Counted from the stretch's first letter, positions 14,696-22,867 are shown. The stretch is 32,000 nucleotides of DNA from Alkanindiges illinoisensis DSM 15370 (GCF_000619845.1 NZ_JHUX01000003.1:310064-342063), one strand, 5' to 3'. Translations and numbers: made by a program. The notes: generated by a model not told the origin, from the letters alone.

Positions 14696-15920
14696 TGTCA
14701 GTTACCGATCCATCAAGCCAATCTGCCCACCACTGCATCATTCCGGCACGTTTGCTTAGATACTTAGCGTGATTATAAGATGCTCTGGTCTGATTGCTAC
14801 TCACGTGTGCTAGTTGGATTTCAATCCAGTCTTCATTAAATTCGATTTCATTTAGTGTCGTTGATGCAGTAGCTCTAAAGTCATGTGCCGTTACATCTGA
14901 TAGCTCGATATTCTGAAAAACCCGGTTAATTGTGGCGGGTGATAGCATTTTTTCAGGATTATAGGGGGAAGGGAATATATACTCTGTCATTCCGCTAATC
15001 TTGCGCTGGGCTTCAAGTATTTTTAATGCCTGCGTGGATAATGGGACGATATGCGTCCTATTCTTTTTCATCAACCGCTTACCATCTTTTAGCTGCTCAC
15101 GGCTCGCCATGGGAAGTGTTAATGTTTGATTCTCAAAGTCTACATGCTCCCAGCGTGCGCGCCTGATCTCAATAGTCCGCAGCATGGTATAGAATAGTAA
15201 ATTAACAGCATTCTTAACGGTTTGGGTGCCACCATAGGCAATGAGTTTATTCTTTAGTTCCCTGATTTCGGTTTTATCAAGTGGCCGGGCATGATTAATT
15301 GGCGGTTTCTCAACAATATCCCTGACTGCATAAGTCGGATCATTATCAGCGCGCAGGGTGGCAATGGCATAGCGCATTACGCCACCAATGATCTGCCTAT
15401 TGTTAATAGCTGTAGTTTCTCCTGTGCCATAATTCCTCTGACTTGTAACCCGCTTAATAGTATTCTTGATAATTACCAGCACATCGTGACTACTTACATC
15501 CCTTGCAATTTTATCCCCAATAGCCGGGTAAATGTCTTTATTAAGGCTGACAATAATACCGTCCCTATATCGCTTTGATTTGTGTTGCAACTTGGTGGCA
15601 ATCCATTCTTCAGCAATCACCTTAAACGTATTCTTTCCCTCGTTCTGTTTTTTTAGTTTTTCATCGCGCCGATGTTTAACTGGATTAATACCTTCAGCCA
15701 CCAGTTTACGCATTTCTGCATGTAGCTCCCTTGCCCTGGATAAACCAATTAAAGGGTACTCCCCTAGGCTCATTGATGATTCTTTCTCATCAAGCACAAA
15801 CTTGTAGCGCCACAGCTTTGAGCCATTAGGCTTTACTTCAATATAAAGCCTATCCGCATCCAGCAGGCGGTACATTTTATCCTTAGGCTTTAAGTTTCTA
15901 ATTTTGGCATCTGTCAGCAT
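14688..15920 (-). CDS. int: Tyrosine recombinase, P4-type integrase (DUF4102 N-terminal domain)
   Basis: The N-terminus MLTDAKIRNLKPKDKMYRLLDADRLYIEVKPNGSKLWRYKF...LGEYP...SLSRAR is the typical DUF4102/arm-binding domain. The C-terminal catalytic motifs are TMLRTIEIRRARW, HDFRATAST, LAHV and ...RASYNHAKY. Confidence 0.95.
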   Translation of the reverse strand: MLTDAKIRNLKPKDKMYRLLDADRLYIEVKPNGSKLWRYKFVLDEKESSMSLGEYPLIGLSRARELHAEMRKLVAEGINPVKHRRDEKLKKQNEGKNTFKVIAEEWIATKLQHKSKRYRDGIIVSLNKDIYPAIGDKIARDVSSHDVLVIIKNTIKRVTSQRNYGTGETTAINNRQIIGGVMRYAIATLRADNDPTYAVRDIVEKPPINHARPLDKTEIRELKNKLIAYGGTQTVKNAVNLLFYTMLRTIEIRRARWEHVDFENQTLTLPMASREQLKDGKRLMKKNRTHIVPLSTQALKILEAQRKISGMTEYIFPSPYNPEKMLSPATINRVFQNIELSDVTAHDFRATASTTLNEIEFNEDWIEIQLAHVSSNQTRASYNHAKYLSKRAGMMQWWADWLDGSVTDNG

Positions 15921-15921
15921 G

Positions 15922-15968
15922 GACGGGTATTTTTAATGAATAAAAAAGATACCCGTCATCGTACCCGT
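15922..15968. promoter_or_regulatory. Inverted repeat abutting the integrase start codon (possible int operator/5' structure)
   Basis: gacgggtat (15922-15930) pairs with atacccgtc (15949-15957) across an 18-nt AT-rich loop. A third tacccgt copy at 15962-15968 is followed by T7. The repeat begins 1 nt from the int ATG. Confidence 0.4.
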
Positions 15969-15985
15969 TTTTTTCGAGGAATCAA

Positions 15986-16072
15986 GCGGACTAATGCGGA
16001 ATTAAGCGGATAAAAGATAGAATTATGATTTTTGAAATAATAACTTAGCGGAATCAAACGGAATTATGCGGA
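15986..16072. repeat. Two triplets of helically phased W-GCGGA-W repeats (probable integrase arm-type/RDF binding sites)
   Basis: GCGGA lies at 15986, 15996 and 16006. GCGGA, ACGGA and GCGGA lie at 16048, 16058 and 16068. Spacing is exactly 10 bp within each triplet, and the flanks are AT-rich (aaGCGGAct, atGCGGAat, aaGCGGAta, ...). Confidence 0.5.
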
Positions 16073-16284
16073 TTACAATTATTCTTTTCGAGCATCAGAA
16101 GCATCGTATTTGCAACCTTATGAAAACGGGAAAGTTAATTCATTTAAAGAGGTCGGAATGCCTGTGGAGGAATCCATAAGTCAAGAGCAGTTAAACCCAG
16201 CCCTTGAGAAGCTTATCTTAACAGTTATGTCATTATGTTTAAATGTTTAAACCCAATAATGTCGCGCTATAGGCTCTAAGCGTA

Positions 16285-16551
16285 TCAGCGCAATTGGCTA
16301 TCTTTGCTGCCACGGCGATTAAATAATTCAAATTTTTTGGCATGTGCCTCAAGCTTGCTTTGACAATCCACACAGTGTTGTACACCGGGTAGGGCAAGCT
16401 GACGGGCTTTAGGAATGGGCTTATCACATTCTTCACAAGTGTCTGCACTTGGCCCAGTTGGAATTGCCTGTCTTGCCCGTTGCAATGCATCATTTACTGT
16501 TGCTTCGATTTGTTCCTGCTCAGCGCCGTCATGTGCCCAGCCACCTGCCAT
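16285..16551 (-). CDS. ybiI: DksA/TraR-family C4 zinc-finger protein, YbiI-like
   Basis: 88 aa. It shows MAGGWAHDGA...CEECDKPIPKARQLALPGVQHCVDCQ...FNRRGSKDSQLR. The CxxC-x17-CxxC finger and the NRRGSKDSQLR C-terminus match my recollection of E. coli YbiI (88 aa). Confidence 0.8.
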   Translation of the reverse strand: MAGGWAHDGAEQEQIEATVNDALQRARQAIPTGPSADTCEECDKPIPKARQLALPGVQHCVDCQSKLEAHAKKFELFNRRGSKDSQLR

Positions 16552-16723
16552 GTCTGATCTCCAGTTTTTAAGCCTGTTTAATCAAATTCTGCATTTGCCT
16601 GCTTGAGCTTAAGCAATCTAAAATTCAATTGCCTAAACCCCATTTGCTATGAAAGATATGGGGTTAAATGGCTTATTTTCAACCAAATACATAGATGGCG
16701 AATAGACGAGCTACCTTGAATAT

Positions 16724-16740
16724 GCTCCAAATTGGTGCAT
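16724..16740. promoter_or_regulatory. NtrC-type binding site (distal)
   Basis: TGCTCC-AAATT-GGTGCA matches the consensus TGCACC-N5-GGTGCA at 11 of 12 positions. Confidence 0.5.
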
Positions 16741-16898
16741 AGCTATTTTTGAACTCAAAACGTATTTAAAAATTGAAAATATAATTATCTAATTTTACTC
16801 ATAAAAATAGAGTTAGCTTTAAGGTTTCATAAATCTTAGCTATTGATGCGCTATCTTTGCACTGAAACGAGCGATTTCTCTAGTAAAAAATAAACATT

Positions 16899-16915
16899 TG
16901 CACTATTTTGGTGCT
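16899..16915. promoter_or_regulatory. NtrC-type binding site (proximal enhancer)
   Basis: TGCACT-ATTTT-GGTGCT matches the consensus TGCACC-N5-GGTGCA at 10 of 12 positions. It lies about 150 bp upstream of the sigma-54 element. Confidence 0.55.
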
Positions 16916-17062
16916 CTAAAAAGCCTTTTGTATGAATAACAGAATTAATGATGGCAGATGGTGCATTTTTTTTAAGAGTGCGTATAATTTGTGGCGTATT
17001 ATTTTTAGGCCCTTAACAAATATTTTCTTTAAATTTATTAACTTATGATTTTTAAAGAAAAT

Positions 17063-17078
17063 TGGTATGGCTTTTGCT
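17063..17078 (+). promoter_or_regulatory. Sigma-54 (-24/-12) promoter of glnA
   Basis: TGGTATGGCTTTTGCT compares with the consensus TGGCACG-N4-TTGCW. The GG (17064-65) and GC (17076-77) have the correct spacing. The element lies about 80 nt upstream of the glnA ATG. Confidence 0.6.
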
Positions 17079-17159
17079 AATATATCAGGTATTAAATTTG
17101 TAAGGCGCACCTACAGGGTGCAGTTACCCAATACTGGGAAATACTGGAGCAAAGTGAGC

Positions 17160-18569
17160 ATGGCAAATAAAGTCCTCAACTTAATTAAAGAGCACGAGGC
17201 CAAGTGGGTCGATTTTCGTTTTACAGACACGCGCGGTAAAGAACAACACGTTACTTTCCCTGCTGGCACTGTTGATGAAGATACCTTCGAAGATGGCAAA
17301 ATGTTTGATGGTTCTTCTATTGCTGGCTGGAAAGGCATTGAAGCATCTGACATGATTTTGCGTCCAGATCCTGAAACTGCTTTTATCGACCCGTTCTTTG
17401 AAGCAACAACTGTTGTGGTGACCTGTGACGTTATCGAGCCGACCACTGGCCAGGGTTATGACCGTGATCCACGTTCCATTGCACGCCGCGCTGAGGAATA
17501 TTTAAAGTCTACCGGTATTGGCGACACTGCATTCTTTGGTCCAGAACCAGAATTTTTTGTATTTGACGAAGTGAAATTCGACATTGACATGTCAGGTGCC
17601 CGTCATACCATTTATGCTGAAGAAGCTGCCTGGTCTACCAACAAGGACTACGAAGCTGGTAATACTGGCCACCGTCCTCGTGTTAAAGGCGGTTATTTCC
17701 CGGTTCCTCCAGTGGACAGCGCGCATGACCTGCGTGTTGCCATGTGTGATGCCATTGAAGCCATTCTGGGCGAAGGCAAAGTTGAAGTTCAACACCACGA
17801 AGTTGCTTCCTGCCAGTCTGAAATTGGTGTGAGCTTTAACACACTGGTACGTAAAGGTGATGAAGTTCAGGCAACCAAATATGCCATTTTGAACGTTGCC
17901 CACCAGTTTGGTAAAACAGCAACCTTCATGCCGAAACCAATCGTTGGTGATAATGGTTCAGGTATGCACGTTCACATGTCAATCAGCAAAGACGGCAAAA
18001 ACCTGTTTGCTGGTGATGAATATGCAGGCTTGTCTGAGCTAGCACTGTTCTTTATTGGTGGTGTGATCAAGCATGCCCGTTCCCTGAACGCGATTACCAA
18101 CCCGTCAACCAACTCTTACAAGCGTCTGGTTCCGCATTTTGAAGCCCCGATCATGCTGGCTTATTCTGCGAAAAACCGTTCTGCGTCTATCCGTATTCCT
18201 TATGTTTCCAGCCCGAAAGGCAAGCGTATTGAAGCACGTTTTCCGGATTCTACTGCCAACCCATACCTGTGCTTTGCTGCACTGCTGATGGCCGGTATCG
18301 ATGGTATCCAGAACAAGATTCATCCAGGCGAAGCTGCTGACAAAAACTTGTATGACTTGCCTCCTGAAGAAGAAGCCAAGATTCCTACAGTAGCCCATAG
18401 CCTGGAAATGGCGCTGGATGCACTGAAAGCGGATCATGACTATCTGACCAAAGGTGGTGTATTCACCAAGGAAATGCTGGACGCTTATGTTGAGCTGAAA
18501 ATGGAAGACGTACGTCGCCTGAACACCACAACTCACCCAGTTGAGTTTGAAATGTACTATAGCTGCTAA
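17160..18569 (+). CDS. glnA: Glutamine synthetase type I
   Basis: ATG 17160 gives [34 protein letters not shown]..., a 469-aa protein of typical GSI length. Signature regions are FDGSSIAGW, the ATP-binding [33 protein letters not shown], and the adenylylation-loop NLYDLPPEE. The track's 17067 start adds an implausible leader. Confidence 0.97.
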   Translation: MANKVLNLIKEHEAKWVDFRFTDTRGKEQHVTFPAGTVDEDTFEDGKMFDGSSIAGWKGIEASDMILRPDPETAFIDPFFEATTVVVTCDVIEPTTGQGYDRDPRSIARRAEEYLKSTGIGDTAFFGPEPEFFVFDEVKFDIDMSGARHTIYAEEAAWSTNKDYEAGNTGHRPRVKGGYFPVPPVDSAHDLRVAMCDAIEAILGEGKVEVQHHEVASCQSEIGVSFNTLVRKGDEVQATKYAILNVAHQFGKTATFMPKPIVGDNGSGMHVHMSISKDGKNLFAGDEYAGLSELALFFIGGVIKHARSLNAITNPSTNSYKRLVPHFEAPIMLAYSAKNRSASIRIPYVSSPKGKRIEARFPDSTANPYLCFAALLMAGIDGIQNKIHPGEAADKNLYDLPPEEEAKIPTVAHSLEMALDALKADHDYLTKGGVFTKEMLDAYVELKMEDVRRLNTTTHPVEFEMYYSC

Positions 18570-18880
18570 TTAAAATAGCAGTATTAAGGCGTCTCTTTAA
18601 ACTGGAGGGATGTCTTAATGTAAGCCCGGAAGCATTGGTATCATTGCTTTCGGGCTTTTTTATTATTTATACATTCGGATATGATTTAATAAAATTCAGC
18701 ACTATTTGTCCCCTGTTTTCCTTGTTTATCAATAAACAAAGGATATGAGGCTGTGAAATAGGGGACAGATAATACTTGAGTACTGGTATTACAGAGCAAT
18801 GGCTTTAACCGATGTGCAGCTTAGAAAATTAAAACCGACTGGCAACGAGTATCAGGTAGCTGATGGTCACGGTTTTATAA
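18554..18880 (+). repeat. Direct repeat copy A: glnA 3' end + terminator + integrase 5' fragment
   Basis: Aligns by eye with 22381-22710. Copy A reads gtactatagctgctaattaaaatagcagtattaaggcg... and copy B reads gtactatagctgc-aattaaaatagcagtattaaggcg.... Collinearity continues through the terminator, a tatttgtcc-containing segment, and ...ttaac(c/t)gatgtgcag(c/t)ttagaaaattaaaac. Confidence 0.85.
18622..18662 (+). terminator. glnA rho-independent terminator
   Basis: Stem aagcccggaagca (18622-18634) pairs with tgctttcgggctt (18645-18657), followed by a T-run. Confidence 0.8.
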
Positions 18881-18933
18881 GACTTTATTGTCATCAGACA
18901 ATGGTCAACAGTATGGCATTTCTGGCTGTATAG
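18799..18933 (+). pseudogene. P4-type integrase remnant A (about the first 26 codons recognisable)
   Basis: MALTDVQLRKLKPTGNEYQVADGHGF... matches the DUF4102 N-terminus (compare MLTDAKIRNLKP of the intact int). It then diverges and stops at TAG 18931-18933. Confidence 0.65.
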
Positions 18934-19208
18934 TGATTGAGCAGGAACCTAACTAGGCGTTGGCCAAGCGCTTGCAACAATGGTATACACTGCTGGCACT
19001 CAGCCGGGTCAGCGGGTATCTGGCAAGGACTGCGCTGCCATTTGCTACGGTTTATGGCTGGGGCAAGCAAAAGTTAAAGTTAATTTAGATGAGGATAATT
19101 TTTACATAAGTTTAGTATTGTTGCTTAGAGCAGGAATGATTGCGGTAAGACCATGACCAGATCATTATTTAAGGGTCATGGCCGTGGGACACTGATTACT
19201 CACTGATC

Positions 19209-20663
19209 TTAAGTCAATGAGTAGTCTTTAGGATTAAAACTGGATAGACGTGCGCGCATTTCAAAGGTTGTCCAAGGCCATAAGGTGCTATTTCTGCCAT
19301 TGGCGTCAATAAAGTAGCTGCTGCAACCACCTTTATTCCAGACCGTATCTTTTAAGGCATCTTGTACTTCATCATTGTAGCTGGCAACGATTTCAGGTTT
19401 GACTTCAAAAGTCTGAACATTCTTTTGTTTTAACTGTTTCAGTGCATCTAGGATATACGCAAGTTGTGCTTCGAGGATAATTAATGCCGAAGAACTGACC
19501 GCAATATTGGGACCAAACGTGATAAACGCATTGGGACAACCGGGAACAACGGTTCCCAAATATCCTACCGGGCTACCATTCCAGACTTCTTCCATGGTTT
19601 TGCCATGTTTATTACGAATTTGCTTGGCAACAGGCGGATTACTAATTTCAAACCCTGTACCAAAGATAATCACATCAACTTCATGTTCGCTGCCATCATC
19701 GGCAATTAATGTATTGCCTTTAATTTCCTGAACTCCACAACGGCGTACATCAACATTCGATTTGGTTAATGCGGGATACCAGTTATTCGATTGCAGAACC
19801 CGTTTACAACCAATGGTAAAGTTGGGGATTAATTTTTCCCTTAAAGCCTTGTCTTTAACCGCATGGTTAATATTCCACTTTGCCAGACTTTCAATCTGAC
19901 GAATCAGCTTAGGATGGTGCATACTGGAATTTAAAGATTCAAATACCCCATACACACTATAACGAGTTAAACGTTGGGTAATCGGTAAGAATTTAAACAG
20001 GAGCTGGGCTGCTTTGGGCAGGCTTTGATCCATTTTGGGCAAGACCCATTGCGGGGTGCGTTGAATCAAAGTCAGTTTTGCCACTTTAGGCTGAATTTCC
20101 GGGACAAACTGAATTGCAGACGCACCAGCACCAATCACGGCAACCCGTTTGCCGGTCAGGTCAATATCATGCCGCCAGTGGGTGGAATGGAAACTTGCCC
20201 CCTTAAAACTATCCATTCCAGGAATTTCAGGATAAACCGGCTCATGCATGGGGCCGCCTGCCATAATTACAAAGCGGGCAGAAAATTCACCCTGACTGGT
20301 AGAGATGTTCCAGCGTCTGGCCTGATTATCCCAAGCCGCTTCAATCATTTCATATTGAAAGCGCACATAAGGGATTACGCCAAACTGCTCAGCGGTACGT
20401 TGCAGGTAGTGCTTGATTTCCAGTTGTGGTGCAAATACGCGGCTCCACTTTGGATTGGGTGCAAAGGAATAGGAATATAACGCGGAAGGGACATCACAGG
20501 CGCAACCGGGATAGGTGTTGGCACGCCAGACACCACCAATTTCCGTGGCTTTTTCCAGAACAACAAAATCGGTAATACCAGCTTCTTTAAGTTTGATTGC
20601 TGCGCCAATCCCGGCAAAACCAGCACCAATAATGACTACTTCAAAGATTTGGGCTTGAGACAT
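19209..20663 (-). CDS. Flavin-dependent Baeyer-Villiger-type monooxygenase (EthA/AlmA-like)
   Basis: The N-terminal FAD-binding motif is VVIIGAGFAGIGAA. FKGASFHSTHWRHD fits the type I BVMO fingerprint FxGxxxHxxxW. The second Rossmann motif is VAVIGAGASAIQ. Length is 484 aa. Confidence 0.85.
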   Translation of the reverse strand: MSQAQIFEVVIIGAGFAGIGAAIKLKEAGITDFVVLEKATEIGGVWRANTYPGCACDVPSALYSYSFAPNPKWSRVFAPQLEIKHYLQRTAEQFGVIPYVRFQYEMIEAAWDNQARRWNISTSQGEFSARFVIMAGGPMHEPVYPEIPGMDSFKGASFHSTHWRHDIDLTGKRVAVIGAGASAIQFVPEIQPKVAKLTLIQRTPQWVLPKMDQSLPKAAQLLFKFLPITQRLTRYSVYGVFESLNSSMHHPKLIRQIESLAKWNINHAVKDKALREKLIPNFTIGCKRVLQSNNWYPALTKSNVDVRRCGVQEIKGNTLIADDGSEHEVDVIIFGTGFEISNPPVAKQIRNKHGKTMEEVWNGSPVGYLGTVVPGCPNAFITFGPNIAVSSSALIILEAQLAYILDALKQLKQKNVQTFEVKPEIVASYNDEVQDALKDTVWNKGGCSSYFIDANGRNSTLWPWTTFEMRARLSSFNPKDYSLT

Positions 20664-20675
20664 GTGGTGTCATCC

Positions 20676-21515
20676 TTATTTGGTTTGTGCCAGTTTGTTC
20701 AGGCGGTTTTCATAACTCTGGCGATCCTTACGGTTCAGACCTTTAAGGATGCGGTCATCACCTGCAATACGGCGAGCAGCAGTATTGAGCCACTGGGGTA
20801 CTAAACCATAAGCACGCGGGCTATGGGTCAGATAGTGCGGTACAGCAATTTCAGGCATGTTGTCACGGATTGCACGAATCACTGCCTGTGCAACATCCTC
20901 AGGATCAACCGTTGGAATAGGAAGATCTTCACCTGTACCAGAAGAAAGCTCGGTGCGTACTTTAGATGGCATCACCGTAGATATATTGATTGGGGTATCC
21001 CGTAATTCCTGTTGCATAGAAGCGGTTAAACCCACCACAGCAAATTTGGTAGCACAATAGACACTTGCACCAGGAATTGGATATTTACCTGCTAAAGACG
21101 CCACATTAACAATATGTCCTTTTTGACGCTGTAACATACCGCCCAAAACCGCTTTCATGCCATGAATCACACCGCGCAAATTAATATCAATCTGGGCATT
21201 GGTAATGGCTTCACTTTCCTCAAGGAAATGTCCCATCGGCATAATGCCGGCATTGTTAACCAGAATATCAACTGGCCCCAGATTGCTTTCAGTAGCTGTA
21301 ATAAAGTCATTGAATGACTGCTGCGAGCGGACATCGACATGGTAACCAAAGCCATTCACGCTTTTAGTGGCCTGTTCGGCAAGCTCGGTATCAATATCAC
21401 CAATCGCAACTTTTGCACCAAGCTGTGCAAAGGCTTTTGCCGTTGCCAAGCCAATGCCACGACCTGCGCCGGTAATGACAACAACCTGGTCTTTAAAGTT
21501 ATAACTGCGTTTCAT
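20676..21515 (-). CDS. Short-chain dehydrogenase/reductase (SDR)
   Basis: Motifs are TGAGRGIG (cofactor binding), NNAG and the catalytic YCATK (YxxxK). I prefer ATG 21515 (MKRSYNFKDQVVVITG), which has an AGGA Shine-Dalgarno, over the track start at 21566. There is a 12-nt gap to the BVMO start, so the two likely form an operon. Confidence 0.85.
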   Translation of the reverse strand: MKRSYNFKDQVVVITGAGRGIGLATAKAFAQLGAKVAIGDIDTELAEQATKSVNGFGYHVDVRSQQSFNDFITATESNLGPVDILVNNAGIMPMGHFLEESEAITNAQIDINLRGVIHGMKAVLGGMLQRQKGHIVNVASLAGKYPIPGASVYCATKFAVVGLTASMQQELRDTPINISTVMPSKVRTELSSGTGEDLPIPTVDPEDVAQAVIRAIRDNMPEIAVPHYLTHSPRAYGLVPQWLNTAARRIAGDDRILKGLNRKDRQSYENRLNKLAQTK

Positions 21516-21634
21516 GGCTTTTCCTGCATATTTTGCGTCAAATTTAATCTTGGAATAAATTGTCATTTTTGGAATTAAATGTCAAATTTTAATTTTAAGT
21601 CGTTTTTAATGGATACTTCTGATAAGATTTTTAC

Positions 21635-22273
21635 ATGAATGACAAAACCACAATTTCCCGGGCGGAACGCCAGCGAATTCAATTACAGGCAGAAATTATT
21701 GAAGCTGCATTTATTGAGTTTTCCGAGCGTGGCTATCACCAAACCGCAATTTCTGATATTGCCCAGCGTCTAGGCATTGGGCATGGCACGTTTTACCGTT
21801 ACTTTCAAAACAAGCGTGATATCCTGGACAAGGTGATTGCTGATACCTCAGTGAAGATCATGGATTTACTGGCCAATGAAAATGCACCCGGTGCAGTTGC
21901 ATCGGTAGAAGAATATCGTATACAGGCTGAACGGATTGCAGGAAAGTTTCTTGAATTTGCCAGAGAAAACCCGCGTATCATGCGTTTGATTCTATTGGAA
22001 GCTACCTCAATTGATCAGCAAATGACGGCACAAGTGAATAATCTGTTGCATATGGGCGGCTTATTTACCGCATCGTATTTGAAAGACGGGGTAACAAGAG
22101 GGTTTTTAAGGGCAGATCTGGATATTGAAATGACTGGGCATGCGATTGTCGGCTTTATTGTCGCAGGCGCATTACGCTTTCTGGCTGCACCTGACAATAC
22201 AGAAGCTATGAAAAGTTATAGTCAGGCTGCCATTCAAATGATGATGTTTGGGATTGCTTCTATAGATCAATAA
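21635..22273 (+). CDS. TetR/AcrR-family transcriptional regulator
   Basis: The N-terminal HTH reads AAFIEFSERGYHQTAISDIAQRLGIGHGTFYRYFQNKRDIL. It is divergent from the SDR-BVMO operon. Confidence 0.9.
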   Translation: MNDKTTISRAERQRIQLQAEIIEAAFIEFSERGYHQTAISDIAQRLGIGHGTFYRYFQNKRDILDKVIADTSVKIMDLLANENAPGAVASVEEYRIQAERIAGKFLEFARENPRIMRLILLEATSIDQQMTAQVNNLLHMGGLFTASYLKDGVTRGFLRADLDIEMTGHAIVGFIVAGALRFLAAPDNTEAMKSYSQAAIQMMMFGIASIDQ

Positions 22274-22380
22274 GTTTGACAAGGATTATAATTTAAAAAA
22301 ATTGACTAAATTAATAGTCCCCTATTTTGTCCCTTATTTGAATATTTTTTAAATTAAGTGTTTGTTTTTTAAGACATAGT

Positions 22381-22710
22381 GTACTATAGCTGCAATTAAA
22401 ATAGCAGTATTAAGGCGCCCCTTTAAACTGGAGGGGCGCCTTAATTTAAGCCCAGAAGCATTGGTATTATTGCTTCCGGGCTTTTTTATTGTCTTATGCT
22501 TTTCAATATAATTTAATCAAATCCAGCATTATTTGTCCTCTGGTTTACTCATTTATCAATAAGTAGAGGACAGGAGGCTATGAAATAGGGGAACAGATTA
22601 TACTTTAGCGCTTGTGTTATCGGATTGCAGAGTAGTGACTTTAACTGATGTGCAGTTTAGAAAATTAAAACTAACTGGCAATAAATATCAGGTGGCTAAT
22701 GTCACGATCT
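22381..22710 (+). repeat. Direct repeat copy B: orphan glnA 3' end + terminator + integrase 5' fragment
   Basis: Starts with gtactatagctgc, the last 13 nt of the glnA CDS, with no glnA body upstream. It is then collinear with copy A. Confidence 0.85.
22412..22488 (+). terminator. Duplicated (orphan) glnA terminator region: two hairpins
   Basis: A perfect 11-bp stem pairs aaggcgcccct (22412-22422) with aggggcgcctt (22432-22442). A second stem pairs aagcccagaagca (22448-22460) with tgcttccgggctt (22471-22483), followed by a T-run. In copy A the first hairpin has decayed. Confidence 0.7.
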
Positions 22711-22867
22711 AGTGATTATTGTCCGGGCTAAAGGAATGATGCACTGGCGATATAAATATAAAATAGATGGGAAAAAGAAAAAGTTATCTTTAGGTATATA
22801 TTCTGCAGTTATGGGCAACGATAAGCCGTTTCAGGTTGGATCTAGATTTTTAAGTGGCGAAAGTTAG
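22635..22867 (+). pseudogene. P4-type integrase remnant B (frameshifted, about 65 N-terminal codons recognisable)
   Basis: VTLTDVQFRKLKLTGNKYQVANVTI reaches a stop. In another frame, IIVRAKGMMHWRYKYKIDGKKKKLSLGIYSAV matches the DUF4102 pattern LxVxxxGxKxWxxRYxxxGKxKxLSLGxYP. No catalytic domain follows. Confidence 0.65.

Noticed and set aside
16239-16606. ORFs 16239-16493(-) and 16415-16606(+), which overlap the ybiI-like gene.
   Set aside because: These are alternative frames of a gene with a clear C4 zinc finger and a conserved C-terminus. They have no motifs of their own.
17067-17159. Track start at 17067 for glnA (500 aa), with leader [24 protein letters not shown]....
   Set aside because: This start overlaps the sigma-54 promoter. 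The GSI N-terminus [23 protein letters not shown] begins at ATG 17160, giving a canonical 469-aa protein.
21516-21566. The longer SDR start at 21566 (MTIYSKIKFDAKYAGKA...).
   Set aside because: It has no ribosome-binding site, whereas ATG 21515 has AGGA upstream. That start places the TGxxxGxG motif at the usual distance from the N-terminus.
21573-21594. The inverted repeat aattaaa-N8-tttaatt in the SDR/TetR divergent region, considered as a TetR operator.
   Set aside because: The arms are only 7 bp and consist entirely of A and T within an AT-rich intergenic region. The probability of a chance match is high. It is worth testing only alongside EMSA.
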